The notes: a model not told the origin generated them from the letters alone. A DNA stretch of 64,000 nt from Oscillospiraceae bacterium (GCA_003453215.1 DMMB01000069.1:22810-86809), one strand, 5' to 3'; shown: positions 9,175 through 19,341, counted from the stretch's first letter. Numbers and translations are program-made.

Positions 9175-10605
9175 TTATGATTTTTGGGCCAAGGCCGATA
9201 GTGCTTCGGCAATGGTTTTTTCATTGGCTTCCATGCCGTATTTATCTACTTCGGCGCGGCTGCGGGGGCCATGCGTCAGGCACCCTGCCCCGCCAATGCA
9301 GCCTCCGGTGCAGGCCATTCCCTCGATGAAGTTGGCATCCAAAAGATTTTTGCTCTTTTTGAACAGCGCAATGCGGCACTGCTCGATGCCATCGCAGGAG
9401 GCTGCTTTCAGCGCAAAATCGGTATGACCATGTTCTTTTATCCCCTGTGCCACCGCTTCCGCCAATCCGCCGCAGCGGGCAAAGATGCGGCCGAAGTAGG
9501 AAGCTTCATCCAATACGCCTTCTTCCAGCGTGGTAATATCGATCTCACGGCTATCGAACAGGGCCTGCAGCTCCTCAAAAGTCATTGCCGCATCCACATA
9601 GGGGCGTACCGCCGGTTTGGCCGCTTCCCCTTTTTTGGCCGTACAGGGGCCAATAAAGACGACCTTTGCGGTTTCATCCTGCTCTTTCAGATATTTGGCG
9701 ATGGTTGCCATGGGGGAAAGATTGTGCGAAATGTAGGGCTTCATTTCCGGGAAGGCCTTTTCGATATAGCTGACAAAGCCGGGGCAGCAGGAGCTGGTGA
9801 GAAAGCCTTTTTCCACCAGTTCGCGGCTTTCGGCATCGGCCACCATATCGGCGCCCAGGGCGGCTTCCACCACCGAATAGAACCCCAACTGATGCAGCCC
9901 GGTAACAACCTGCCCCAGCTTGGCATAGGTAAACTGGCTGGAGATGGAGGGGGCTACAACGGCATAGACATGGTACTTCTCGTTCCCCTCGCTCTTTTTT
10001 ATCATATCGATGACATTGAGGATATAAGATTTATCGGTAATGGCGCCAAAGGGGCACTGATACACACAGGCCCCGCAGGAAATGCAGGTATTATTATCGA
10101 TCGCGGCGGCCTTGTTCTCATTCATGGTGATGGCCTTGATTTTGCAGGCGTTTTCGCAGGGGCGCTTGCGATCCACAATCGCGGAATAAGGACAGACCCG
10201 GGCGCAGGCGCCGCAGTCCACACACTTGGACTTATCGATATGGGCCACATGATTGTGGAAGCTGATGGCGCCCTTGGGGCAGACATCCTCACAGCGGCGG
10301 GCCAGACAGCCGCGGCAGGAATTCGTAACTTCGTAGCCGCCCATGGGGCATTCATCGCAGGCGATATCGATGACTTCGATGACATTGGGATTCTGCCGAT
10401 TGCCGCCCATGGCCATGCGCACCCGCTCGCTGAGAATGGCGCGTTCTTTGTACACACAGCAATAGATGGTTTCGGCATTGCGGGGCGCCAATTCCCGCGG
10501 AATGGACATCACATTATCCAACAGGGTATCATTCCAGGCCTGGCGCGCTACTTCCCGCAGCACTTTATATTTGATGTACTGTACCTTGGTATCAAACTTT
10601 CTCAT
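9175..10605 (-). CDS. Monomeric ferredoxin-type [FeFe]-hydrogenase (group B-like; HfsD/HydA2-like)
   Basis: Several 4Fe-4S motifs; H-cluster motifs TSSCCPG, GPCTAKKGE, EGMACTGGCIGG. Confidence 0.92.
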   Translation of the reverse strand: MRKFDTKVQYIKYKVLREVARQAWNDTLLDNVMSIPRELAPRNAETIYCCVYKERAILSERVRMAMGGNRQNPNVIEVIDIACDECPMGGYEVTNSCRGCLARRCEDVCPKGAISFHNHVAHIDKSKCVDCGACARVCPYSAIVDRKRPCENACKIKAITMNENKAAAIDNNTCISCGACVYQCPFGAITDKSYILNVIDMIKKSEGNEKYHVYAVVAPSISSQFTYAKLGQVVTGLHQLGFYSVVEAALGADMVADAESRELVEKGFLTSSCCPGFVSYIEKAFPEMKPYISHNLSPMATIAKYLKEQDETAKVVFIGPCTAKKGEAAKPAVRPYVDAAMTFEELQALFDSREIDITTLEEGVLDEASYFGRIFARCGGLAEAVAQGIKEHGHTDFALKAASCDGIEQCRIALFKKSKNLLDANFIEGMACTGGCIGGAGCLTHGPRSRAEVDKYGMEANEKTIAEALSALAQKS

Positions 10606-10620
10606 GGGTTCCCCCTTCTT

Positions 10621-11796
10621 TTAGAAATACATTACCTTAACCCGCTTACCCATTTTGCGCAGCAGCTCCGAGAGTTCTTCTACCAGTTTCATCTTGATAT
10701 TGAAACTGATGGGTAAGTTGGGATCCTGGTGGGCGGGATTGACGGCGCGGCCGACAAAAAAGCTGACATCAGTTGCCTCCTCAAACAGCATCCGGCTGAT
10801 CAGGCAGGCCCCATCATGGCCGTAGCCCCATTCTTCGTGCCGTTCGTTCTGATCCAGCACATCCTTTGCGTACTCAATGACCCGGCTAATGGTAATGATC
10901 CCCTCTGTCACCAGATCTACCCCCTCCATGTGGGCAACGGGCGGCAGATCGGAAGCCTGGTACTGCAATTCGGTGGTAATGGGTGCCCCAAGATATTGGG
11001 AGGCAATGGAGGCAGTCGTACCGCCGCAGATAATCCGCTTCCCCTCTTTGGAGAAAAACAACGTCATCATGCGGGTATCATCATCGCGGTTACGGGGCGG
11101 GCCAAACAGAATATTGACCGGTTCCCTCCGGCGCACCCGCACCACGCAGGCGGTGGCATCATCGCCCGGCTTGCCGCCATACAGGCGGTTGCATTCTTCC
11201 ACCAGCATGGTAGAAAGCGTTTTGGCATTGTAACCGGCCACCGAAGCCGTTGCCACAAAATCGGCAATATCCTTTAACTGCCACCCAAAATTATACGCTA
11301 CGCCAATGCCGGCATGGGGGCAGCCATCGCTGACCGCCACCAAAATATCTCCTTCCTGCAGACGCAGATCGGATTTATGTACCTTTTTGTCCCCCCCCAC
11401 AATCATATCCCGGCCGGGCAGATCGGTGGGCACACCATCGCGGATTAAAATAACCGGCGGATTATCATAACAGATAATCTCCGCCATTTCGTTATTGATC
11501 AGACGGATGATGGTAAAGGTGGAATAGGCCACCTTACGGACGGAGCAAATGGGAAGCGTGGCCGCAATGGCTTTGACACATTCTTCCAGCGGCAGTCCCT
11601 CGGCAATCATGGTGGAAATGATGCGGGAAGTAAGGATCGAAAGAATATTGGCTTTTACCCCGCTGCCCAGGCCATCGGCCAGCACCACTACAGAGGACTC
11701 TTCCCCCTGCCCTGCTGCCTCCACATGATCGCCGCACAGCTCTTCCCCTTCATGATTGATGCTATTGTAACCGATTTCTACGCACAGATCATTCAT
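10621..11796 (-). CDS. SpoIIE/PP2C-family Ser/Thr phosphatase (HfsC-like)
   Basis: CGDH, LADGLGSG, VSDG, DDAT metal-binding motifs. Confidence 0.9.
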   Translation of the reverse strand: MNDLCVEIGYNSINHEGEELCGDHVEAAGQGEESSVVVLADGLGSGVKANILSILTSRIISTMIAEGLPLEECVKAIAATLPICSVRKVAYSTFTIIRLINNEMAEIICYDNPPVILIRDGVPTDLPGRDMIVGGDKKVHKSDLRLQEGDILVAVSDGCPHAGIGVAYNFGWQLKDIADFVATASVAGYNAKTLSTMLVEECNRLYGGKPGDDATACVVRVRRREPVNILFGPPRNRDDDTRMMTLFFSKEGKRIICGGTTASIASQYLGAPITTELQYQASDLPPVAHMEGVDLVTEGIITISRVIEYAKDVLDQNERHEEWGYGHDGACLISRMLFEEATDVSFFVGRAVNPAHQDPNLPISFNIKMKLVEELSELLRKMGKRVKVMYF

Positions 11797-13459
11797 CGGA
11801 TACCGACCCTTTCAGTTTATACAGCGCTATCTTGGTCTCTGCTGCCGTTTCTCCCAGCAGGGAGGCAATTTCCTGCACAATACGCATCTGTTTGGCCACC
11901 ACGCCATCGGCGATTTCCGCCGTCTGCCGGCTGAGTTCCTCCTTTTGGCGGCGTACCCGTTCCTCTTCGGTCACATCGCGCAGAATACAGATGATCTGGT
12001 GGAATTCCCGATCCATGACAATGGTTTCTTCCGCATAGCGATTGTATTCCGAAAGATAGACCCGTTTTTTCTCCACGCTGTGCCCACTTTCCAGCACCGT
12101 AAAGAAATCGCCGGGATCCAAAATGCGGACAATCGGTTCGCCCAGCACATCGGAGGGAGAGGACAAATTCATCATGGCAAGCGCTGCGCGGTTAATCTGT
12201 TGAATCTCCAGCTTTTCATTGAGCAGGATAAAACCGTTGGGGGAGTTATCCAGCACATTGCCGGTAAAGCTTTCGGCACGATCTTTGAGGTACGGCAGAC
12301 ACATGGAAATTTCCGCCTTGCCCTGATAGACGGCAATGGCCTTTTCCCGGCAGGTATTGTAGCCGCAGGAACCGCAGTTCAGTTCATCTTCCGGCTTCTT
12401 CTTGCCCATTTTACGCAGGATGTCAGTCAGCTCCCGTTCCGAGGGCAGGTGCCGTTCCTTGATGAGCGGCAGCCATTTTTGCCGCAGGAGTGCCGGTTCC
12501 GGCTGAGGCAGATTGAAATCTTCCCGGCCCGCAACCCGTTCCACCGCCTGGTAATCCCGCACCGGGGAACGATGGAATTTTTCCATCACCGGGCCGCCCA
12601 CGCAGCTGCCGGTACACATCGACATTTCAATAAAGCAGCGATGCAGTCCGCCATGCAGCAGGTCTTCCATGACGGCCAGGCAATTTTCAGCTCCATCTAC
12701 CGCCATATAAACATAATCCTGATTGGGCTTTTCCATGCTGCGCAGAATGCCCCCCGCCGTGGGGAACAGCCGCGCGCAGCCGCCCTTTTGGAGTTCCGGG
12801 GCCTGTGACACGGCAATATGTTCCTGATTAAGCCAGGCGGTCAGTTCATCAAAGGTAAGGACCGCGTCAACCTCCTCGCATTCCTGGGCTTCCTCTTTTT
12901 TGGCCACGCAGGGGCCGATAAATACCGTTTTAGCCCCCGGAATACGGCGCTTGATATCGGCGCAGTGTGCCTGCATCGGCGACATTACCGGTGCCAAATA
13001 GCCCAGCAGCGAAGGATAATACCGCCGAATGAGCAAATTAACCGATGGGCAGCAGGAGGAAATAATAATATCCTGGTCGGCTTCCATTACCATGCGGTCA
13101 TATTCCCGTTTCACCACCGTTGCGCCCAGGGCAGTTTCTTCCGCATCGTAAAAGCCCAGTTTTTTCAGGGCCTCCCGCAGTTCTTCTATTCCGCTGCCGG
13201 CATAATTGGCAATGAAGGAAGGGGCCAGGCTGGCTACCACCGGTGCGCCGCTTTGCAGCATCACACGCACCTTGCCGGTCTCATCCACAATCTGCTTGGC
13301 CTCCTGCGGGCATACCACAAAGCACTGCCCGCACATAATGCACTCATCCTGGATGATATAGGCCTGATTGCCGGAGAAGCGAATGGCCTTGACCGGACAA
13401 TGGCGGATACACTTATAGCAATTTTTACAGTTGGCTTTTTTCAGCGTCAAACATTCCAT
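11789..13459 (-). CDS. PAS-domain sensory [FeFe]-hydrogenase (group C, HydS/HfsB-like)
   Basis: N-term 2x4Fe-4S, SSCCPS / GPCVAKKEE / EMSMCTGSCVGG, FeS motif LNCGSCGYNTC, C-terminal PAS and helical tail. Confidence 0.92.
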   Translation of the reverse strand: MECLTLKKANCKNCYKCIRHCPVKAIRFSGNQAYIIQDECIMCGQCFVVCPQEAKQIVDETGKVRVMLQSGAPVVASLAPSFIANYAGSGIEELREALKKLGFYDAEETALGATVVKREYDRMVMEADQDIIISSCCPSVNLLIRRYYPSLLGYLAPVMSPMQAHCADIKRRIPGAKTVFIGPCVAKKEEAQECEEVDAVLTFDELTAWLNQEHIAVSQAPELQKGGCARLFPTAGGILRSMEKPNQDYVYMAVDGAENCLAVMEDLLHGGLHRCFIEMSMCTGSCVGGPVMEKFHRSPVRDYQAVERVAGREDFNLPQPEPALLRQKWLPLIKERHLPSERELTDILRKMGKKKPEDELNCGSCGYNTCREKAIAVYQGKAEISMCLPYLKDRAESFTGNVLDNSPNGFILLNEKLEIQQINRAALAMMNLSSPSDVLGEPIVRILDPGDFFTVLESGHSVEKKRVYLSEYNRYAEETIVMDREFHQIICILRDVTEEERVRRQKEELSRQTAEIADGVVAKQMRIVQEIASLLGETAAETKIALYKLKGSVSDE

Positions 13460-13487
13460 TCGAACGTTCCTCCCCGCCGCAGCGGTT

Positions 13488-13736
13488 TTATTGCTTGTTC
13501 AGGGCTTTTAGCACCTTTTCTTCAAAGAATGCGCGGGTTCCTTCCGGCGTGACCGAGCAGAATTCCTCATCCACTTTTACACAGACGCCCAACTGGCACT
13601 GCCCCATGCAAAAGGCGCCGCACAGTTCCACCTCATCGCTGAGGTTATGATCGCGGATCAAATCCTGCAGCTGCTCCACCACCTGGCGGGAGCCGCGTAC
13701 ATGGCAGGAAGATCCGATACAAACTGTAATTTTCAT
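13488..13736 (-). CDS. Thioredoxin-like [2Fe-2S] ferredoxin (NuoE-like, HfsA-like)
   Basis: VCIGSSCH...FCMGQC. Confidence 0.9.
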   Translation of the reverse strand: MKITVCIGSSCHVRGSRQVVEQLQDLIRDHNLSDEVELCGAFCMGQCQLGVCVKVDEEFCSVTPEGTRAFFEEKVLKALNKQ

Positions 13737-14524
13737 CAGGAATTCACCTCTGTTTCAATCTCTTGGGGATTCTGCAGTCCATCGGAGTTGTCAATCCACC
13801 GCTGCAATTCGGCACGACTGCTGGCATTCGCCACCACCGTTTGGGAGGCCGCCACCAACGGGATCCAGCGGCGGATATGATGCAGCTCAATGCCGCTTTT
13901 TTGACAGAACAGTTCAAGATAGCGCTCCGCCCAATCCGGCTGACCGCGCATCCGCAGCAGCAGATAGGTTCTGGCAGCATCGGCCGCGGCATTGCCCTGC
14001 GTAGCGTGGAACCAATCGATGATATAGGGCTTGCCATCGGTACTGCTGATAATGACCTTGGAGGGGACAAAATTGCCGTGGCAAACTTCATTGTATTTGG
14101 GGATCCGCTCCAGGCGGGAATAAAGGTCATAACGATCGGTGGCGGAAAGTTCCGAGCTGTTGATATTGCGCTGCAGCTCATCTTTCAGCTTTTTAAACAT
14201 CGGGCAGGATTGCTGATGGATGTGACAATGCAGCTCTGCAAAAAGCTCTATGTACTCCTCGGTTTTTTCCGGGTGTTTGGCCATCAGCTGTTCCAGGTTT
14301 TCTCCCTTGATATATTCCGAAACAATGGCCCACTTGCCATTAATGGAGGTCACCTCCAGTATTTCGGGGACGGTGACGGTCGTTTCCTCCATACGGGCCT
14401 GGTTCAGCGCTTCATTGATGACATCAGCCTTGGCACAATCGGGGTTAAAAACCTTCAGGCAGCGATCCCCATCCCGAAAAACGGTGATGCTGTTCTGCAC
14501 CGAAATAATGCGATCCAGGTTCAC
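13736..14524 (-). CDS. APH/kinase-like phosphotransferase (putative Ser/Thr kinase)
   Basis: CLKVF, VCHGNF.P, YIIDW motifs; coupled to the ferredoxin gene. Confidence 0.82.
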   Translation of the reverse strand: MNLDRIISVQNSITVFRDGDRCLKVFNPDCAKADVINEALNQARMEETTVTVPEILEVTSINGKWAIVSEYIKGENLEQLMAKHPEKTEEYIELFAELHCHIHQQSCPMFKKLKDELQRNINSSELSATDRYDLYSRLERIPKYNEVCHGNFVPSKVIISSTDGKPYIIDWFHATQGNAAADAARTYLLLRMRGQPDWAERYLELFCQKSGIELHHIRRWIPLVAASQTVVANASSRAELQRWIDNSDGLQNPQEIETEVNS

Positions 14525-14540
14525 GGGGCAGCCTCCTTCC

Positions 14541-15155
14541 TTATACCAGGCGGGCCTTTAGATGAGCCAGCGAAAGGGCCAGATTTTCGTATTGAATAAC
14601 AGCATCGGGCGGCAGCTGCAGCCGGCAGGGGGCAAAGCACCAGAAGGCCCGCACGCCGCTGCGATACAGTACATCGGTCACGGCCTGCGCCGCTTCCTTG
14701 GGCACCGTAACAATACCGATACTGACCTTGTTGGCGGCACAGAAATCGGCCAGATCCGCCATGGGCAGCACCGGCTTCATTTCACTGCGGTCACCCTCCG
14801 CCGGGACATTCAGATCGAATGCCGCCAGGATATTGGTGCCGTATTCCGAAAAACCTGCGTAATCCAGCAGCGCGCGGCCCAGTTTCCCGGCTCCTACAAT
14901 AACTGCCGCAGCCGGACGGCCGCCCAGACAATCCTCCAGGCAGGCAGTCAGCTCTGCGCGGTCGTAGCCTACGCGGGGGCGGCCTGCTCCGCATACCGCG
15001 CCCAGGTCTTTCCGCACCTGCACTTCGCCCAGATCCAGTGCCTTGGCAATGCCGGTGGCCGAAACGGTGGTGATCTCCTGCGGAAGCGAACTGATATAGC
15101 GCAGATACTGCGGCAGACGGCCTATGGTGGCTCTTTTGATTTCTTTGGTATTCAT
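14541..15155 (-). CDS. rex: Redox-sensing transcriptional repressor Rex
   Basis: RLPQYLRY, QVRKDL, G..RVGY, VGAGKLGRAL Rossmann motif. Confidence 0.92.
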   Translation of the reverse strand: MNTKEIKRATIGRLPQYLRYISSLPQEITTVSATGIAKALDLGEVQVRKDLGAVCGAGRPRVGYDRAELTACLEDCLGGRPAAAVIVGAGKLGRALLDYAGFSEYGTNILAAFDLNVPAEGDRSEMKPVLPMADLADFCAANKVSIGIVTVPKEAAQAVTDVLYRSGVRAFWCFAPCRLQLPPDAVIQYENLALSLAHLKARLV

Positions 15156-15263
15156 ACGGTGATTCCCCTTCTTAAATAATCAGTGAAGTTTATATCGATA
15201 ATATGCGGTACCTTTCCAAGGCTATTCTATCACGTCTTCCCCCCGAGGGGAATTGCTTTTCTT

Positions 15264-15292
15264 TTATATCGGTATTGTAAATATCGATATAA
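15264..15292. promoter_or_regulatory. Inverted repeat upstream of rex-hydrogenase operon (candidate LysR site)
   Basis: TTATATCG-N13-CGATATAA, plus a half-site TTATATCG near 15190. Confidence 0.4.
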
Positions 15293-15339
15293 CGAGAGCG
15301 TAAAAAGTGCCCGCCAGAAAGCGAGCACATTTCATTGCA

Positions 15340-16278
15340 TTATTGATCCCAATTATCCGGAAGTTCCCGCCTGGTGGCAATGAGTTCGGCAATAAATTGC
15401 TTATCCAGCGGGGAAAGGGTGTAGTCCTGCCGATAGATCAAAACATCTTTATACCGGCGGCGGCTATCCCGGCAGGGGCGGTGCACCAGCGAATATCGCT
15501 CCAGCAATTCCTGCGAAACCGGAGATACCCACATAAAGGCCTGCGGATTGCGGGAGAGCAGCTCAAAGCGGCTGGCCCGTTCAAAGACATAGATCCGGCG
15601 GTTAATATCATCCGGCAGCTCCTCCCGCCGCACTTCGGAAGCCGGCAGAGAAGGAACATAAGGATCGGCATAGGCCACCCGGATATAATCTTTCAGGTCC
15701 TCATAGGGGATACTTTCCTGCTGGGCCAGCGGGCAGTCGCGGCTCATCAGCAGGGCATAGCGGAATTCCGCCACCAATTCACACTGCAGGCCCTTTTCTT
15801 CCATCAGTTCTTTGTAGTAGCGGTCATAATTTTCGGCATACCGCAATATCCCCAGCTTAAAATCATCCTGCAGAACATTTTTCAGGGTGCGCATTGCATT
15901 GGTTTCTTTATAGAAGATCTCAAATTCCTCATCGGCAGGCAATTCGCAGGAAAAACGGGCAAATGCCTCCGAAATATAGCTGGAACGCGGCACCGAAATG
16001 GAAAAGTGCTTCTTTTTGGCGGAGCCTTCGGTAAACATATGCTCCACTTCATCCACCTGCTGCAGAATTGCCTTGGCATACCGCAGGAATACCCCGCCTT
16101 CCGGGGTCAGTTCCATTCCGCGGGCGCTGCGTTCAAAGATCGCAACTCCCAGGTTGTTTTCCAGGTCCTTAATGGCCCGGCTAAGATTGGGCTGGCCCAC
16201 AAACAGCTTTTCCGCTGCCTTATTAATGGAGCCGGTTTCCGCCACCGCTACCGCGTATTTCATATGCTGAAGATTCAT
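15340..16278 (-). CDS. LysR family transcriptional regulator
   Basis: MNLQHMKY...GSINKAAEKLFVGQPNLSRAIKDLE HTH; start chosen at ATG 16278 after GGAGG. Confidence 0.93.
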   Translation of the reverse strand: MNLQHMKYAVAVAETGSINKAAEKLFVGQPNLSRAIKDLENNLGVAIFERSARGMELTPEGGVFLRYAKAILQQVDEVEHMFTEGSAKKKHFSISVPRSSYISEAFARFSCELPADEEFEIFYKETNAMRTLKNVLQDDFKLGILRYAENYDRYYKELMEEKGLQCELVAEFRYALLMSRDCPLAQQESIPYEDLKDYIRVAYADPYVPSLPASEVRREELPDDINRRIYVFERASRFELLSRNPQAFMWVSPVSQELLERYSLVHRPCRDSRRRYKDVLIYRQDYTLSPLDKQFIAELIATRRELPDNWDQ

Positions 16279-16323
16279 GGAAGTCCTCCTGTCCTCACGG
16301 GGACACACTATAATCGGGGTGAT

Positions 16324-17019
16324 TTACAGGAAAAATTTCTTCTGAAGGGATTCCCGCAGGGGGCGGCAGCAGCCAATAATAATGAGCGTAAGCCCCAGAA
16401 TGATGCCCGCCGCCAGCGGGTAAATGGACCACAGCAGGACCGTATGCACCTGAAAGGTCAGGTTGATGAGAAATTCCACCAGCACCATCAACCCGCCGGT
16501 AAGGATAAATGCCCCGCCAAACACAAACAGGTGCCCGCCATGCAGATAGCGCAGCAGAGTAACCATAACCGTTACCAGCAGCCCCGCCGCCCCTACCACC
16601 GGGAAAGCAAAGGAAAGGAACCACTGCCCGCCGGTGGCCAGATCAATGTACAAAAGGTAAACCCCCAATGCAACAAAATCGATGGGGACAAAGATAACCG
16701 GATTGCCCCGGCGAAACCACAGTGGCAGCACAATCACAATATAGCCCATCAGCAAAGCCCCGGTGACATAGCCCGACCATACAATTCCGCCATTGATGCG
16801 CCAATCGCACAGCAGGCAAATCACGATAGGCAGCACCGTAAGCACCGTTACCACGAACAGCGCCCCGCTGCGGCTTACCTCCTTATGGGTGTGTTCTTCC
16901 GGCGGGTAGGGCCCTTCCCCGGTGGGTGGCTCCATTTCCGGGTGAAAGACGGTTGTGCTGCACAGCGGGCACTTTTTCTCGCTTTCGCCCAGTTCTACAC
17001 CGCATTTTACGCAGTACAT
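16324..17019 (-). CDS. Zinc-ribbon membrane protein (DUF6320-like)
   Basis: MYCVKCG...CPLC followed by about six TM helices. Confidence 0.8.
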   Translation of the reverse strand: MYCVKCGVELGESEKKCPLCSTTVFHPEMEPPTGEGPYPPEEHTHKEVSRSGALFVVTVLTVLPIVICLLCDWRINGGIVWSGYVTGALLMGYIVIVLPLWFRRGNPVIFVPIDFVALGVYLLYIDLATGGQWFLSFAFPVVGAAGLLVTVMVTLLRYLHGGHLFVFGGAFILTGGLMVLVEFLINLTFQVHTVLLWSIYPLAAGIILGLTLIIIGCCRPLRESLQKKFFL

Positions 17020-17043
17020 AGCTGTTCCCCCTTTTTGGACATT

Positions 17044-19212
17044 TCAGCGTCCGTTGCTTTCCGCCTTTACCGGCAGCCCCAGCCAGTGCAGCACTTCATA
17101 GAAGTGCCGTTCCAGCATCGGTTCCCGAATATTGCGGATCATATTGATATAGACGGTATCGCCCCAGGTGATGATGCCGCAGTTGTGCGGTGCCTTGGCC
17201 TGCACGCCGATGATAAAATCCATCCGGCGAATATAGGGGCGCATGGCATCGGGCACCCGCACTACGCCCAGATTGGACATACACAGGCAGCTTTTGCACT
17301 CTCCTACGGTATCAAATACCGCTTTCATGGCAATATTCTTGATGAACAAAGGCATCACCTTGAGAATGGGAATGCGCTCGCTGTTTACATTGGTGGCAAT
17401 GCGGGCGCTCATATTTTTGCGGGTGACCTCCAGCCCCATGCGGTGATGCACAATGCGGCAAAGTTCTTCCAGGGTGTAATCCCCCAGCCGCGGATCGGCT
17501 TCCGGCGTGACATACTGGGCAAAGTTCCGCAGCGACTGGCTGGGGAACAGCCCGCGCAGGTTTACCGGCACCAGCACCTTTACCGGCCGGCGGTGTTTTC
17601 TGCTTGTTCCCTTTTCGGCCTGCAGGTTCAGGATTGCCTTCATCATGGCGGCACACAGCAGCTCCGTCACCGTCACGCCGTATTCCTTGGCCTTTGCTTT
17701 CAGTGCGGCGGCCGGCACCATCAGTGTTGTTAAATCCAGATAGCCATCCGGTTCCGGCGTTCCGCTCAGATGATAGGCGGTTGCCTCTTTGCGGCTGGCC
17801 TGCACTTTGCCCGCATACTTCTGGAAACTATCCTCCAATTCCTCTTCCCGGGGCGGATCCAGCCGGCGCAGCACCCCATCCTCCGGCGGGATTTCCACGC
17901 CATATTTCCGGCAGAGATACTCAGCCAGCAAAGTTTTAAGAAAAATGGTGCCGCCGGTGCCATCGGTCAGCGCATGGAAAAATTCCACCGCAATGCGATC
18001 CCGATATACCAGTACCCGAAAAGCACACTTGCGAATATCATCAAAGGGCATATGCACCAACGGATAGCTCTTTTCCGGCTGAATGGCCGGCGCCGCCGGA
18101 ATTTGTTCCAGGTAGTACCAAAAGACGCCCCTGCGCAGCCGAACGGCAATGGAGGGGAAACGGCGCACCGTTACATCCAGCGCCGTTTGCAGGGTGGGGA
18201 CATCTATCGTCTCCGTAAGGGTGGCCGAAAGCCGGAACAGATTATTCCAGTTGCGGCGGCGGGCCGCCGGGTAAATTTTTGCGGCATTGTCCAGCTGCAT
18301 CCACCGCAGCTTGCGCTCACCGCCCATCACCCGGTTCAGGAACTTATTCATTTCCTCAAAGTCGGACATATTCTCATTGAGGTAATAAAGCACATAGGCG
18401 TGCCAGCGCTCCGGGGCCACAATCATCTTGCTTTCGCAGCCGGCGGCCAGCAATTTCTGATGCAGGCGGCGGGTGTCATCCAGCAGGATTTCATCCCCGC
18501 CCACAAAAAGCAGGACCGGCGGAAACCCTGTCAAATCGCCAAACAGCGGCGAAACCAGCGGTTCCTCCTTAGAGGTTACGCCACCGGTGTAGCAATCGGC
18601 ATAAAACTGCAGCAGTTCTTCTGTCAGGGAAGGATCGGCTTCCCGGTTTTCTTCATAGGTTTCGCCGGAACAGGTCAAATCGGTCCAGGGCGAAATTCCG
18701 ATCAGGCCGGCCGGCATTTCCATTCCCAGTTCCTTTAGCCGCAGGCACAGGGCACAGATCAGTCCTCCCCCGGCACTTTCCCCGCACAGCACAATCTGCT
18801 CCGGCGTATAGCCCTTCTCCAGCAGGTAGCGGTAGGCCTCCAGGGCATCTTCCACGGCAGCCGGGTAGGGACTTTCCGGTGCCAGGCGGTACGCCGCACA
18901 GAATACCGCGGACCCGCATTCATCGGCAAGGGTAGCGCCAAAGCCCTTGGCGTAATCCAAATCGCCGCAGGTATAGCCGCCGCCATGCAGGTACAATATT
19001 ACGCCGCTGCGGCGTTCATCGCGGGGGATGAGCCAGGCCCCTTCGAAACGTTCAAAGGAGTAATCCCGCACAATGACATCTTTTTTGTGGATCGCTTCCA
19101 TCAGCTCGCCCAGCTTATCCTGTCCCTTGCGGGTAACCTCCAACGAACAGTTCGCCACAAAGGGTTTAAAGAAATTGAGCTGCGAACGGACCAAACGGGC
19201 GGGAAGACCCAT
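17044..19212 (-). CDS. Alpha/beta hydrolase (HSL-type) fused to alcohol acetyltransferase/condensation-like domain
   Basis: HGGG, GESAG, D..H triad in N-half; LDNAAKIYP and HALTDG (HxxxDG) in C-half. Confidence 0.87.
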   Translation of the reverse strand: MGLPARLVRSQLNFFKPFVANCSLEVTRKGQDKLGELMEAIHKKDVIVRDYSFERFEGAWLIPRDERRSGVILYLHGGGYTCGDLDYAKGFGATLADECGSAVFCAAYRLAPESPYPAAVEDALEAYRYLLEKGYTPEQIVLCGESAGGGLICALCLRLKELGMEMPAGLIGISPWTDLTCSGETYEENREADPSLTEELLQFYADCYTGGVTSKEEPLVSPLFGDLTGFPPVLLFVGGDEILLDDTRRLHQKLLAAGCESKMIVAPERWHAYVLYYLNENMSDFEEMNKFLNRVMGGERKLRWMQLDNAAKIYPAARRRNWNNLFRLSATLTETIDVPTLQTALDVTVRRFPSIAVRLRRGVFWYYLEQIPAAPAIQPEKSYPLVHMPFDDIRKCAFRVLVYRDRIAVEFFHALTDGTGGTIFLKTLLAEYLCRKYGVEIPPEDGVLRRLDPPREEELEDSFQKYAGKVQASRKEATAYHLSGTPEPDGYLDLTTLMVPAAALKAKAKEYGVTVTELLCAAMMKAILNLQAEKGTSRKHRRPVKVLVPVNLRGLFPSQSLRNFAQYVTPEADPRLGDYTLEELCRIVHHRMGLEVTRKNMSARIATNVNSERIPILKVMPLFIKNIAMKAVFDTVGECKSCLCMSNLGVVRVPDAMRPYIRRMDFIIGVQAKAPHNCGIITWGDTVYINMIRNIREPMLERHFYEVLHWLGLPVKAESNGR

Positions 19213-19292
19213 AAGCGCCGCCTCCTTCCATACCTTGTTAAAAGATAATTATAGCATTGACCGGCGGCAATGTAAAGCAACACCGCCCATAC

Positions 19293-19331
19293 AAAAAAGC
19301 CTTCGCTTTATCGGCCAAAGCGAAGGCTTTT
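19293..19331. terminator. Bidirectional-type terminator
   Basis: AAAAGCCTTCGCTTT/AAAGCGAAGGCTTTT 15-bp stem. Confidence 0.8.
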
Positions 19332-19341
19332 GGGATAAAAT

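Noticed and set aside
15156..15340. Rex operator upstream of the hydrogenase operon
   Set aside because: No convincing TTGTGAA-N4-TTCACAA-like palindrome seen.
15307..17733. 808-aa plus-strand ORF and other long antisense ORFs (45592-48219, 49121-51316, 56160-58643, 9271-10716, 51668-53194)
   Set aside because: They mirror well-supported genes on the opposite strand and show no motifs or RBS; typical shadow ORFs in GC-rich DNA.
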